Assembly (NCBI RefSeq): GCF_004010195.1
Contig: NC_057720.1
Location: 69,682,847-69,746,846 of the forward strand
DNA length: 64,000 nucleotides
DNA from: Chiloscyllium plagiosum
Taxonomy: Eukaryota
Reading direction: 5' to 3'
Under the pieces are notes generated by a model. It was not told the origin of the DNA. It worked only from the letters and a program-made list of their open reading frames with translations, and did not search any database. Made by a program: the position numbers and the translations under genes. The first letter of the stretch is position 1; every line of letters begins with the position of its first letter. Positions 39,105-51,232 of this stretch are shown one piece after another.

Positions 39105-39975
39105 AATTTTATCTAAACCCAGCTGGGATGACAAAAATACCTATGTCAGCCTTAAATACATTCGATGGTGCAATATTCACAACCCTCTGCATTAGAGAAT
39201 TCCAAAGATTTACAAATATTTTGAATGGAGAAATTTCTCTTCGACTTATTCTTAAGCAATCATCTCCTCATCCTGAGACTGTGCTTCTGCGCTCATTCTC
39301 AGTCAAAACCCTTGCACCATCTATCCTCTCAACCTCTTCAAAATCTTACATATTACTATGAGATCAACTCCATTCCTTCCTCCAAAACTCAATTTATTCT
39401 TACTTACAGCCTCACTTTACCACCTCTCTTATAATCAGACAACACACTCACCCCAGGGACTGATCTGATGGAATGTACGCTGTACTGTCTCCAATGCAGG
39501 TGCATCTTTCCTTAAATATGGAAACAAAAATTGTCCTTAGAATTTTAGGTGTGGTTTTAGCAAAGCCCCATATAATTGTAGTAAGGTTTCCTAATTTGTC
39601 TTCTCCAATCCTCTTGCATTGAATACAAATATAGTTTGGTTTCCTAATTGTTTTCTGGACCTCTCTGCTAATATTTGTCTTCCTTTTTAAGCATACATCC
39701 AAGTCCTATTGAACATCAATATTTACAATTTTCATGCTTTTTAAAAAAATATTCTGCTTTTCTATTATTTTTGACCAAAGTGAATAATCTCACATGTTCC
39801 CACATTATCTGCCACTTTGTTGCCCATTCACTTGACCTGCTTTGCAGGCATGTTATGTCCTCCTTACAGCTGAATTCAATTTAGATTTGTATCACCAGCA
39901 TACATTGCTTTCTGTCACTTCGTCTAAGCCATTAATATAGATTCTAAATAGCTGAAGCCCCACCAGTGATCATTG
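39105..39975 (-). mobile_element. Old degraded CR1 LINE (RT to C-terminus)
   Basis: Reverse complement reads GSLVGLQLFRIYINGLDE... and later 'gggttgtgaatatt...tggaattctct'; many stops. Confidence 0.7.
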
Positions 39976-40039
39976 TCCCCATTCTGTTTTAGTGAAAACC
40001 TAAGGAAGGGATCAGGGCCCCTTCCACCCATCATGATGA

Positions 40040-40283
40040 GTTTCTTTCCCTGCTGTTATTAGACTTACAGAAGGGACCTCTCTAATTTCAAACCTAATGT
40101 TGATGTTGCTTTTCTGTACCTCCGGTGCAGTCATAACCTTGTATGCCTCCATGTCTAAACATATGATCTAAACCTATGATCTGTATGTCCTTGTTTGCTA
40201 TGGTCTGCCTGTATTGCTTGTAAAACAAAACTTTTCACTGCACTTAGATCCATGCGACAAAAATAAATCAAATCAAGTCAAAA
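40040..40283 (+). mobile_element. Rex1/Babar-like LINE 3' end
   Basis: SFFPAVIRL-like end, 'aaacaaaacttttcactgcacttag' and an aataaatcaaatcaagtcaaa tail. Confidence 0.5.
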
Positions 40284-40399
40284 TCTTGCCTCTAGCCAAT
40301 TAATACTCCTTAGATGCCCTCCCCACGGATTCTTTAGATGGCAGGTAAGGAAACCTCACCATATATTCTTTATATTCTTCTCCAATTGAAAGAAGAAAG

Positions 40400-40765
40400 A
40401 AATGACTTGCATTCTACACAGTACCTTTTACAATTTGAAAATATCCCAAAGCACTCTACAACTGAACAATTGTCCTTTCTGAAATGTAGTCATTATTGTA
40501 GGAAGCACAGCAGGACGTCTGCATACAAAGTGTTGTAAATAGTAAAGCGAAATGACCAGACAACCATTTTAGTCACATTGAGGGATAAAAGTTGATCAGA
40601 CCGCGGGGGTACTGCTTTCAAATTGGGTCATAGGGTCTTACAATCTCAGTTGTGAAGGTAGATGGGATGATGGTTCAGTGTCTTATCCAAAAAAGGTGAA
40701 CTTTAGGCAGTGCAGTTCACTCTCTAGTATTGCACTGGAGAATCAGCCTGGATGTAGTGCTCACC
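40400..40765 (-). mobile_element. Deu-domain SINE (SacSINE1/AmnSINE1-like), ancient
   Basis: Reverse complement resembles the Deu core 'ccagtgcaatactagagagtgaactgcactg...ttggataagacactgaacc...atcaacttttatccctcaa'. Confidence 0.6.
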
Positions 40766-42979
40766 AGCCTCTCAGGGACTTGCCCCCTGCTATAGCAGCA
40801 CCATAAACGTATATGGGGATTTCCCTGTACTATCCAAGGCTCGGACAGCTGGTGATGATGGGTTAACGCTGAAATTTGCCAGTACAAACTAAACGTTTCC
40901 AGAAAGAATCAAATCAGTTCTCTGCTTGCAGAGACAGCGTGTCTCTAAAATCTCACTCCCTACCATCTTAACATGATGAACTTGGTGCAGTGCACGAAGC
41001 AGTCAGCATTCCCATTCATCCAACGTAAACGCAGAATAAAACACTTGCCATACCGTGCAAGAATGAACAACAGCAGAGGGAGCTCCTGATTACTCATCTA
41101 CCTGTCACCCAGTCCCTGCTGCTGAGTTCATTTTCACTGGCTGGAATCATTATTGCAGGGAATGAAACGTGGCTTCATCAACTCCTTTCGTGTAGGACAG
41201 GTAGCCCTTGTTTGTCCTAAGTATGACCTGTTTTTGTTTTATAAAGAAACACACAGCAGGTGAGGCAAATCCAGGATATTGTTTCAGATGAAACTGTTTT
41301 GGCAAACTGAAACGTGTTTTTTCTCTCTCTCTCTCTCTCCACAGACGCTGCCAGACTTCCTGAGTGTTTGCAGTATTTTGTTTTAGTTGCTGAAAAAGCA
41401 GGTTGAAATCAGCAGATGCTGAGCTGGCTGAAGCCACAGCGAGTGAGCAACACCCGGAGTAGGCTTTCAGGTGGAATGGTGCAGGCAATACCCCAGGAGC
41501 TCATCATTTCAGAAACAATTAGGTGTCAGACTGGAGGCTGGGGGTGAGTGGAGGGTCATTCTGGATGGATGCACCAAGGTAGCCAACATGACCTTTCTCA
41601 TCCAATTTAATCTTGTGACCCAGCGATATGAATTTTAGGTCCCAGAGGAGATAGACTAATGGTCCCGGAGGGGTGTGGGAGGGGTGTTAACCTAAAAGAA
41701 TGAAACCGAAAGGGGTGAACACCCCCATCACAATAACAGGCTGAGGACTGTCATCAGAAACTCATCAAATGTTAGTTCCTTCATGTCCACGGCCGTAATT
41801 TATAACCTTACAGCTTCGGCACTCACACTAGTGGATTCAGGATACATCTGTACCAGGTCAGGGGACTTAGAAACTGACTGATCAATCATTCGAATGTAAT
41901 TCTTAATGCATTTCAAATACATTTTATTCTATATGTTTTATTTCAAAAGAATGTATTTACTGTAGTTTGCCGGACAAGATTTTTTTGAGTTGAAGCGGCA
42001 AACATAGTCCTGCGGGGAACAGGGAATGTCAGACTAAATTTGTTTGTATGTTTGCTCTGTGCTGACCCTTCTCGAACCCTGTGCCGCTTGTTTAAACACA
42101 CCAGCAGATTCCCGCCTAGGCAGCCTTGGCTTATCATCTCTCCGAGATTTGCAACACTAGATTCCAGGCATAAGCCGGCTGCTGCTTGACCATGTTTGGC
42201 CCCTGGAGATACCCGCAGCAACGGAACGCGACCTCTCTGTGGAGCCGGAATGAAATCTTACATCCTTGCAGCTTTCTTCCTCCCACCTCCTATTGCTTCC
42301 TTCCCCTTCCCCCTTACTTCACCCCCCCCCCCCGCCCCCGCCCCAGCATTGAACCATCTCAACTAAATCAAGGGGTTTACCACAGATGCAAGCAGACCCG
42401 ACCTAAACCATTCTTCCAGTCACACACTCGGGAGCAGCCTCTGTCATGAGCAGATCCTTTCGTTCTTTGCTGTGTACAAAGTGGTAATTGTAACCCAAGG
42501 CTTTTAAACGCGAACTTCTTAAACGATCGGAATTTATTTCATTATTAGGAAACCTTTATCCTACTATATAACATCTGCAAATTAAAATAGATTCTGGAGT
42601 AATTTCAAGGTCACGCTGAGCAAATGATTCTCTTTTTTTGGGTCTTTCACTTCTCACTATTCTGAAATGATACATGATACATGAACAAAAATATAAATGG
42701 AGACTGGAAGAGAAACAGTACTGCCCATTGTAAACTAAAATCTAATACTTCAAGGGCAATAGAAGAGAAGCTGAAAATCTCAACAGGTTATAATGTGAGC
42801 TTTGGTGTCAGATGTATTGTAGATAGGGGTTTGGATGGTATGAAAGTACCAACAGCTAACTTCTTTAATGGATGTGGTGATAACTCCAGAAGAAAAACAT
42901 CCTTTTTTAAAAAAAGAAGTCTCTAGTGACAATCGTTCTCATCGAGGATGATTCTTTCTTAAAATGACTGTGTGGAAAT

Positions 42980-43350
42980 GAGATGTCAAGTGTTGGTGTG
43001 AACCCACAGATGACTTATGAGCTGTACTGTAGTCTTGCAGGCTTCACCACAGAAAGGCCATTGGCTGTTAGCCAGTGAGGGGTGTGGCAGATAGGTTGGC
43101 TCCAGCAGCTCTCCTCTCTTCCTGTCTTTCCTTCTCACTCTCTTAGGGGCTGCTTGACTTGCAGGTCTTGACAACGTTTGGTTCCCCATGTGTGGACATG
43201 AATAGAACAGATCTTCATAGAGGTTTTGAGATTGTCTTTGAAGCATTTCCTTTGTGAATGAGGCCCCTGATGTAACTCTGAATAGTACACCTTTCTGAGT
43301 GGTCTTGAGTCAGACATTCTGTTGGCACGTTTCATTTGTCTCATCCAATG
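42980..43350 (-). mobile_element. RTE (BovB-like) LINE C-terminal fragment
   Basis: RMSDSRPLRKVYYSELHQG..QRKCFKDNLKTSMKICSI..TW matches the RTE ORF tail pattern (RMPD.RLPK..LYSEL..G.R..G.QRKRFKD.LK). Confidence 0.75.
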
Positions 43351-43699
43351 TGAGATTATCGTGACCTTTAAACTTAATTTATACCAGCAAGATAAAAATA
43401 GGCCTTTTATTGTCCATCTGATGTTTTTATTGGAGAGGGGTCTTGGACCAACTGTGAACAGTCACAGGGGACAGTAATTGGCTTTAAATGAGATTTCTAC
43501 TGCCCATCAAGGAGCAGTGCTCCAATCAAATGCTGCAGGTCTCTTGGCCCAGCAGTGCCACCCACCCATTTGGCCACTACTGGGATTGCATCAGTTCCTG
43601 ATGGAAATGAACTACAATGGAACCTGACTTGAAAGTAAATTTATTGTCTCTCTGGAACAAACAGCTGGCCTCTGATGTGAAGGGTAAGGTCCAGGATGA

Positions 43700-43955
43700 A
43701 CGTGGATGAAATTTTATCGTTCTCAGAGGTTTGTGAATCTGTGGCATTCTCTCCCCCAGAAAGCAATAGAGGCAGGATCATTGATTTTCTTCAAGTCTGA
43801 GTTTGATAGATTCTTGATTGACAAAGAAGTCAAAGGCTATAAAGGTAGGCAGGAAAGTAGGGTTGTGTCCACCATCAAGTCGGTCATGGTCTTATTAAAT
43901 GCTGCAGCAGGCTCAAAGACCGAATGGCCTACTCTTGCTCCTAACTCATGTGTTC
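43700..43955 (+). mobile_element. CR1 3' end (older family)
   Basis: FYRSQRFVNLWHSLPQKAIEAGSLIFFKSEFDRFLIDKEVKGY followed by the tail 'gaccgaatggcctactcttgctcc'. Confidence 0.8.
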
Positions 43956-46900
43956 GCACAAAACACAGGGGAAGTGAAATACATCTGGGAGTTGGGGTGA
44001 GCCTCGAAGTGGCAGGCAGACTTGACTTTTAGAAGCCAAACTTCCCCATTGCAGGTAAAGCCTCAGCAGCTGCTGCAGGAGGCATTCAAATGTCATTACG
44101 TAGCCAATTAAGAACTTCCTCCTCTCCTACTGGTAAAATGTCAGTAGAAATAGGCCATTCGGTCCACCTTTCTGCCCCACCATTTGATAAGATCGTGGCT
44201 GATCTAATTCGGGCCTCGAACTTCCCCTTGCCCCCGATACCCTTTGACATAAAAGTCCCTTATCTACTTCGGCCAGTGGGGGTGAGTGGGTGGAGGGTAG
44301 TTTGATAACGGAAATGGTTCTGCTAGTGCAGTATCCAATTTTGTAACCTCCTCCCCTGCCATCCATTGGAGGGGGAATGGGAGGTTATTGGGTGCAAGTT
44401 AAGCTCAAAATAATGGCACAAATCGATTGGTTTTGCTCTGTTTAGAATTCTACTGATCGAGGGATAGGACAGGTGTATCCTTATTCCAGTGAATAGCTTT
44501 AAAGTTCCATTTCAGTTATATTGGAACCCTGCATAATATTCTGATAGTGGATAACATTCCCATCTTGTTCATTAATACACAATATGAGTGAGAAAATGGC
44601 CTGCACTGTGCCCAGGTTTCGGACTGTAAAAGGACTGCCTTTTTTATTATTGAGCTGGGCTTTGCTCCATTGGCGAAGGTTTGAACCTCTTGGCTAAATT
44701 AGTGGGGCCCACATGAAGCAGGCCTCCCAGGCATCACCTAACACAGGTGATGGACAACTTCAGCACCTTTTCCAGTACCTAGCAAATGACCCCAATGTAA
44801 AATGAGTTGTCACTGAGCAGAGCCGGGATTGGGCTCTTGCTGTCAAAATCTTTCAGCTGTCCCCAAACCCATTAACTCAAGGTATCCTCGACCAGCCTGA
44901 ATGAACTAAAACACCATTCAGAACCTCAAGTCTGCCTGGCCATTCAGCCCCTCAGGTTGATAAGAATAGCTATATTTGGTCAGGCATAATTACCAGTTTC
45001 TTTTTGAATGTCCATCTTTCAGTAATACTGCATTGAATTTTTCAATTAAAGCTTAAATGCTATTATAGGGCTATTCTATAGTTATTTTTACTGCCATCAA
45101 GGTCTTCATTTGCTTTGTATTTCTTTCTGTTTTGTACTGCATACTGAGTTTTCCCGCCTTTTTTAAAACAATCAAAATTGTGGCCTAATTGTTCTCCTAG
45201 GGTTTTCCCATCTCCTGCAGCCAAGATGTAATTTCCCATTTCTTCCCAAGTAAAAAGAATGTTTTGCCACCTTTGACAGTCTAAAACACCAAGTACATTC
45301 TTCCATACAAACTATATATAACACGGTGGATTTATTTTCTAACTGTTAAACATAGGTAGTGTGAATCTTCAAAGTTTGATCTCTTGCTTAGGTTTGGATC
45401 AAAGGGGCCCCATCCCAATCTTCAGAAACATTACTGTAACACTGCATAGATGCCGCAATTCACACTCAGGTCACTCCATTCAAAAATCCCCATGTACCTT
45501 GCTCAGATATTAAAGATTTAATAGAAAATACCACAGAATCCCTTGGGACAAATTAACTACTAAAGGATTATTCATATGTCTTAAAGGATCTATGATGCAA
45601 TTTCAACATCCTAGTAGTTTGCCTTATTAGGAACACTTTTGTCATTAGTTATGAAACCGCGTATTCAAAGTTACTACATTTCCAGAAAGCACGAGAAGAA
45701 GCTGGATGAATTGGTTAAGATTGTTGCTATTTGAATGAATTGGTAACTGTATGGATTACTTTTCGAATTCAGTGCCGTCTACTTGGAAAAGTTAAATGCT
45801 GTCTCAGACAGTACACAGACACCCGTGATTTGATCACTCCTGACATGAATTTTATAAAATCGTTTGGTGAAATAAAGATGACGAGGTTGCAAACTCTTGC
45901 CCTGCTGTGAATGACCTCAGAGGGTTTCAGAAATCGATGGAACAATTTGAGGCGGCTCCTCCCTGTCATCACCCACATACCAGCAAATGCAAACACCAGG
46001 CTGCTAAAATGAAGTGGCCATATGAACACACTCAACCTGTCTCACAAGACGTTTTGTATTGGTTCTTTCAGGTTTTCGTTTGCACACCGACTGATGGAGG
46101 CCAAGTGGGATGGGTTGATGGGTTCTGGATCAATATGTTGAGGTATGGAGATTGATCAATTCCCTCAGAGACCACATTAACAGTCTCCTAAAGGTGAACT
46201 CTGACCAGGGCTCCGGTTTATATTCTATTCAACCTCACCATTTCCAAAATAAGAGTAAGGCAGGTCAAAGGTTGCTGCTTCCTATTCATTAGTGCGCTTC
46301 TCCTTTGGGAGTCTAACTGTAAAGCTAAATAACTCAATTTGTCAATAACACAATCTGCATTCATGCACAAATTTGCAGTTTGCACCTACTCCGTCATATG
46401 TGTGTCACAAGCATCTCAGAAATCTGATATTAGATAAAAACCCAAGAAGTGTGTGTCATTCAAGTAAAAATAAGAACTGTCAAATACACAGGTCACTAAT
46501 CAGTTAAAGTATGTATCCACTGATGAAACTCTGCAATGTGAATCCCTAATCTAATGAACTGCATCTAAAACTTCTATTGGTCTTGTGTATGCATGTTTTA
46601 TATAATATCCTATGGACAATATCATAAATGAATTATTGGTGAGCAGACATCTGGTGCACTAGTTGCAGTTACTGCTACCTTTACCAAAACAGTGTCAGCT
46701 CTGAGCATTTATGAATCATATCCTTAGTCCTCATAAGAAGTTCATTTTCACAGAATTAAATGAGAGAGCACAAACTTATCATTTTTTATGTATCTTGCTT
46801 ATTGATTTTTTTTTAAGCATTCAGTGGTTGATGGGAATATTGAAACATTGGTATATCAGTGCTGGGAATATGGAAACATTGATATATTGACCAAGGAGAA

Positions 46901-49900
46901 AATCAATAATCTATGTTAATTTTGCACAATAGAGCTACAAATCTTTCAAAGATGAAGTAATCATTGGAATTATCAAGACTGTGTCAGGAGGGCTAGGCAA
47001 ATCAATCCTTTGGTATATTAACACGTTTCTCTGAAGCAGCCATGCAGAGATCCACAGTTTGAGACAAGAAGGTACTTTGGGACCAAAGTGCAAGTGAAGC
47101 TTTTATCTCACAATCTACATCACTGTTTTACTCCACTTGCTGGAGACCAAATAAAAATTAACACACATATTGGTTTCTGAAGTGGGAGTTACAGTCTGAA
47201 GAGGAATGCAATAATAGGATGGAATTGGTGGGGACAGGAAGGAGGCTACTGCTGGACTTGCTCTTACATTTAACTATTTGTAAAGTGCAGGAATGCATCT
47301 ACAGCAAATTAAGCAACTGGTAATCTCCAGCTGAAACTTATTTTTAAAAAGTAATTTAAAGGACAGAAATCTGCCTTGATAGATAGAGCAAACCTTATGA
47401 ATTATTTTGATAACCCGTAATATGCACCACTAAATACTGAGGTGAATGGAACTGAATGTCTGGTGGGACGTAATTGGTGGTTGATGTAATACCACCCATG
47501 TTCTGTTCCTGCCTGAGATGCAGGACTACCCCAGTGAATTGAAATCTTCTGTCTGGCTCCAAAGGTTTCATGCTTTGCTATTCAAGTACACAGGCTTTTC
47601 CATTTTTTTTTACTTTGTGATAGCCATACATCAGAATTTTATACAAACTATTTCACCAGATGTTCCAGGATGAAAAGTTACTCTCAGTTTGAAGGCTGGC
47701 GGGACTTTTAATATTCAGAAAAGTTATTAAGCATTTGGGTAGGTTATGAAATTCCTATAAAAGACGTACTTGCCTCATTTCAGCAGCACAAAGATTTATA
47801 AAATTTGCAAAAAATCATGACTTATTCTGTCAACTTTATGGAAACATAACCAAGTCAAACTGCAATATTCTTCATTTAATGGGCTCTAAAAGTATACAAG
47901 CACAGGTAATCTTGATTTTCAAAGTTGCTCCATGGAGTGATTTGATTTGTGTCATTTCCAAAATACAGTCTCTGAATAGGTCATGAACAGAGACTCATGT
48001 CACTTGGAACAAGCAGTAAATTGTAATGAAAACAAAATGGTCAGTAGTAAAATGAAACAGTTGCCTGAAACTAATAGTGCTGAACACTATTAAAATTTCA
48101 TTGACTATTTTTATGAGGATTGAATTAAAAGATTCTAATTAGATTAGTGGAATAGACACATATAAGATTATCCATTATTTGTATATTAACAAATGTGAAA
48201 TATTTTATGTTGGTGAGCTGCTGTGGACATGGTTACTCTCTCTAAATAAAAATAATAAAATCTATTGGTGGATTGCAAATTCAGTAGTCTGTCATAAACT
48301 GTATCTCTCACTTTTTGCCAAGCGTTCATCACCTAACAAAACAACAAGTGAATGAACAGATCTCTCCTTGCTGCTAGCACCTCTTTTTCAGAACTCTCCA
48401 GTGGCATTGAGGGTCCTAAATCTCTCCTTTTAACACACTCAACACAACATCACACATGCTTCCTTCCTACTGTCTGAGCCTGAGCGACTTCACAGGGTCT
48501 CCTGCTTGTTAGTTTAATGTAAACTTGTTTGAGATCCCGACAGAACGGAATCCAGAATAAGCTCATGAGAACACAGATGGAGAGCTAGCAGATTCCTAAA
48601 CAACATTAAGTCATATAAGGATCTCTTAGCAATCAATTTATCAAACAAACAAATACTACCCTGAACAAAAAGGTTCATTTGAAGCATCCTTCCCACTGCC
48701 AGTTGGAAAATATTTCACCTTATAACAAATAGTAGAGTGGGGTCATCAATTGGTGTCGAATGAAAGAAAATCTATACAACTTACTGTACATCTTCTGTAC
48801 TGCCTGTGTCAAGCACAAAAAGAAAACCATTTTGCGGTGTTCAATTGATTTGTTTTTTTTGTAAAGAAACATTTATCATCGGGGAACTTCCGCTAGTAAG
48901 CCAGAATTGTCCATATTCTAACCAGAGAATACTGCAGTGATTCGAAGCGAGTGGATTGAAGTTAGCATAAGAAGGGTGGTGTTCCTGTCTCCTTCAATCT
49001 TTTCAAAAAGGATAATTACAAAAGTCAATCCATCCAGTACTCGAGATTAGCAGATTCACATACTCGGATTTGAAGAGTTGTGCAATTGTTGAAGATGCGA
49101 TATTTATTTTGTACGGCATCTGGGTGCAAAGCTGCCCAGAAAAGGTTTGATCATGAAACCTTTTGGTGCATTTTCAGCAAAACATGCTACAAAATATTTT
49201 CGACAGGTAATAAATGCCTGCGGTGTATTCATTGGTTTGAGATGATATAATTATGATTCAGGCAGAACCCATTCCTTCAACAAGAAGACAAAAAAAATTA
49301 TCAGTAATATGTATAAAAGCCAATATAAACGTATTTTAACACCAGTTTAAGGGAATTTAGTCATACTTTGTACTGGATTGTACTCCTTTAACCTTACTTT
49401 CATGAATTCACTTCAATTTGTCTTAATTTATAACACTTTTAAGAATTATTTTAGTCAGTCAATTGGTAAAAAATGACTATTTTTCCACCAACTGACCTTC
49501 CCATCACTAAGGTTGTCACCTAATGCTGCCTCAGGCTGTGCTGAGGTATGAGAACCAATTTGGATTAACTAACCAGATGATGTTTGTGTTTGAGGTAATG
49601 TTGCCAATCCTTCAGGATTACCCTGGATCTCCAGGAGTTAAACATTAATCTCTTGGACTCGGCTGTGAGCAAAACCCAGGAGAAAAGTCAAAGCAGCATC
49701 GGAAAGAATTGCATGTTTTTGTCATTTTCTTTGAACACTCTTGTTTACTACAAAAATGTTCGAGATTTTCTTTAACAAACCCCTTATTGGGTGGAGCAGT
49801 TGGAAGCTGAAGGGCACACAATGAAAAATCCAGGAAACTGCAGAAACATAATTGCCAATCTTAGGTTGTGATATTTTTACTCATTGTCTACATGACTGTC

Positions 49901-50679
49901 TCTCTTCTTCACAACACTGTGAACTCTAATTTCACAGTCAAGCAAAGCCTGTTCGTGTTTTTTAAGTGTTTCTGGGCTTCAAGCGGGTGTCATTGAATTG
50001 CTCTGCTGTCTGTTCATGAAAGGCCACATTCAGTACCTGCTAAATAACATGGAACCATTGCTTCATAGCACGCGATTGTGCACTTTGTTCACCGCTTGTG
50101 TATTTAACAGTAAATGTTTACGAATCACTTGACCCTGGCCCTCCCTCCAGTTCACTTGTCTCCGCAAACAGAATTCCTTCCTTTTAGGACTTTAGGTGAA
50201 ACAATAGTATCTGTCATTGGCTAAAACTAATCAGGGGCAACAGCTAACTTCCTTTAAATATGCCACTGCCCCATGTACCTGCTCTCCCCTTGTCATGGAT
50301 TCTTTCTTATATGGAAATTGAGCATATATACCTATTTACAAATTAGATTTCTGAGACTAAATTTTTAGTGAAAAACCAGGGGATTGATGTTTATACATGT
50401 AACATTTTGGAGAGTTTGAATTGTACTCTTTCCAATCGCCTTGCTATTGAAAGATTGCTAAGTCAGAAACTGTTCCCACCAAACCCATCCTGAAAAATAG
50501 CCCAAAAACCAGAAGTATTTTTATTATTGAATTCTTTATAAATAAATAAATTCCTTGGAGACCGGCATTAGTTTCTACATGTCATATTCATAAAGGATAT
50601 TCATTCATGTATATTCACATTTGTAAAATTCATCAAAAACAAAAGCCTTACATCCAAATGAATATGATATCATTCATAA

Positions 50680-50934
50680 CAGAGATGGAAATGTGTTGCT
50701 GGAGAAGCGCAGCAGGTCAGGCAGCATCTAGGGAACAGGAGACGTTTCGGGCATTAGCCCTTCTTCAGGAATGAGGAAAGTTTGTCCAGCAGGCTAAGAT
50801 AAAATTCCTGAAGAAGGGCTAATGCCCGAAACGTCGATTCTCCTGTTCCCTAGATGCTGCCTGACCTGCTGCGCTTCTCCAGCAACACATTTCCATCTCT
50901 GATCTCCAGCATCTGCAGACCTCATTTTCTCTTC
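50680..50934. mobile_element. Young Penelope-derived inverted-repeat insertion with 14-bp TSD
   Basis: Arms 50680-50772 and 50804-50901 are exact reverse complements except for a 5-nt deletion in the left arm. TSD ATCATTCATAACAG at 50669-50682 and 50935-50948. Confidence 0.9.
50804..50840 (+). ncRNA. Minimal type-I hammerhead ribozyme motif (Penelope-associated)
   Basis: attc-CTGAAGA-A-GGGC(taat)GCCC-GAAA-C-GTC|gattc. Conserved core, 4-bp helix II and palindromic ACGT helix III; predicted cleavage after C50835. Confidence 0.72.
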
Positions 50935-50948
50935 ATCATTCATAACAG

Positions 50949-51232
50949 TACAGGCAATGTGGAAACAGGCCATTCAGCCCATCAAGTGCACACCAACCCT
51001 CCAAACAGCATTACACCCCATCCCTGAGACCCTAAATTTCCCCTAAAAATCCACCTATCCTGCACACAATGGGCAACTTAGCATGGCCAACCCACCCAAC
51101 CAGCACATCATTGGATAGTGGGAGGAAGCCCACATGGGGAATATGCAAACTCCACACAGACAGTCATCTGAGGCTGGGATCAAAGCCAGGTCCCAGGCAT
51201 GTAAGGCAGCAGTGCTAACCACTGAGCCACCG
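50949..51232 (-). mobile_element. HE1-type SINE (older), with the Penelope hairpin inserted at its tail
   Basis: Reverse complement head ACGGTGGCTCAGTGGTTAGCACTGCTGCCTTACA; tail 'gatgggctgaatggcctgtttccac'. Confidence 0.85.
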
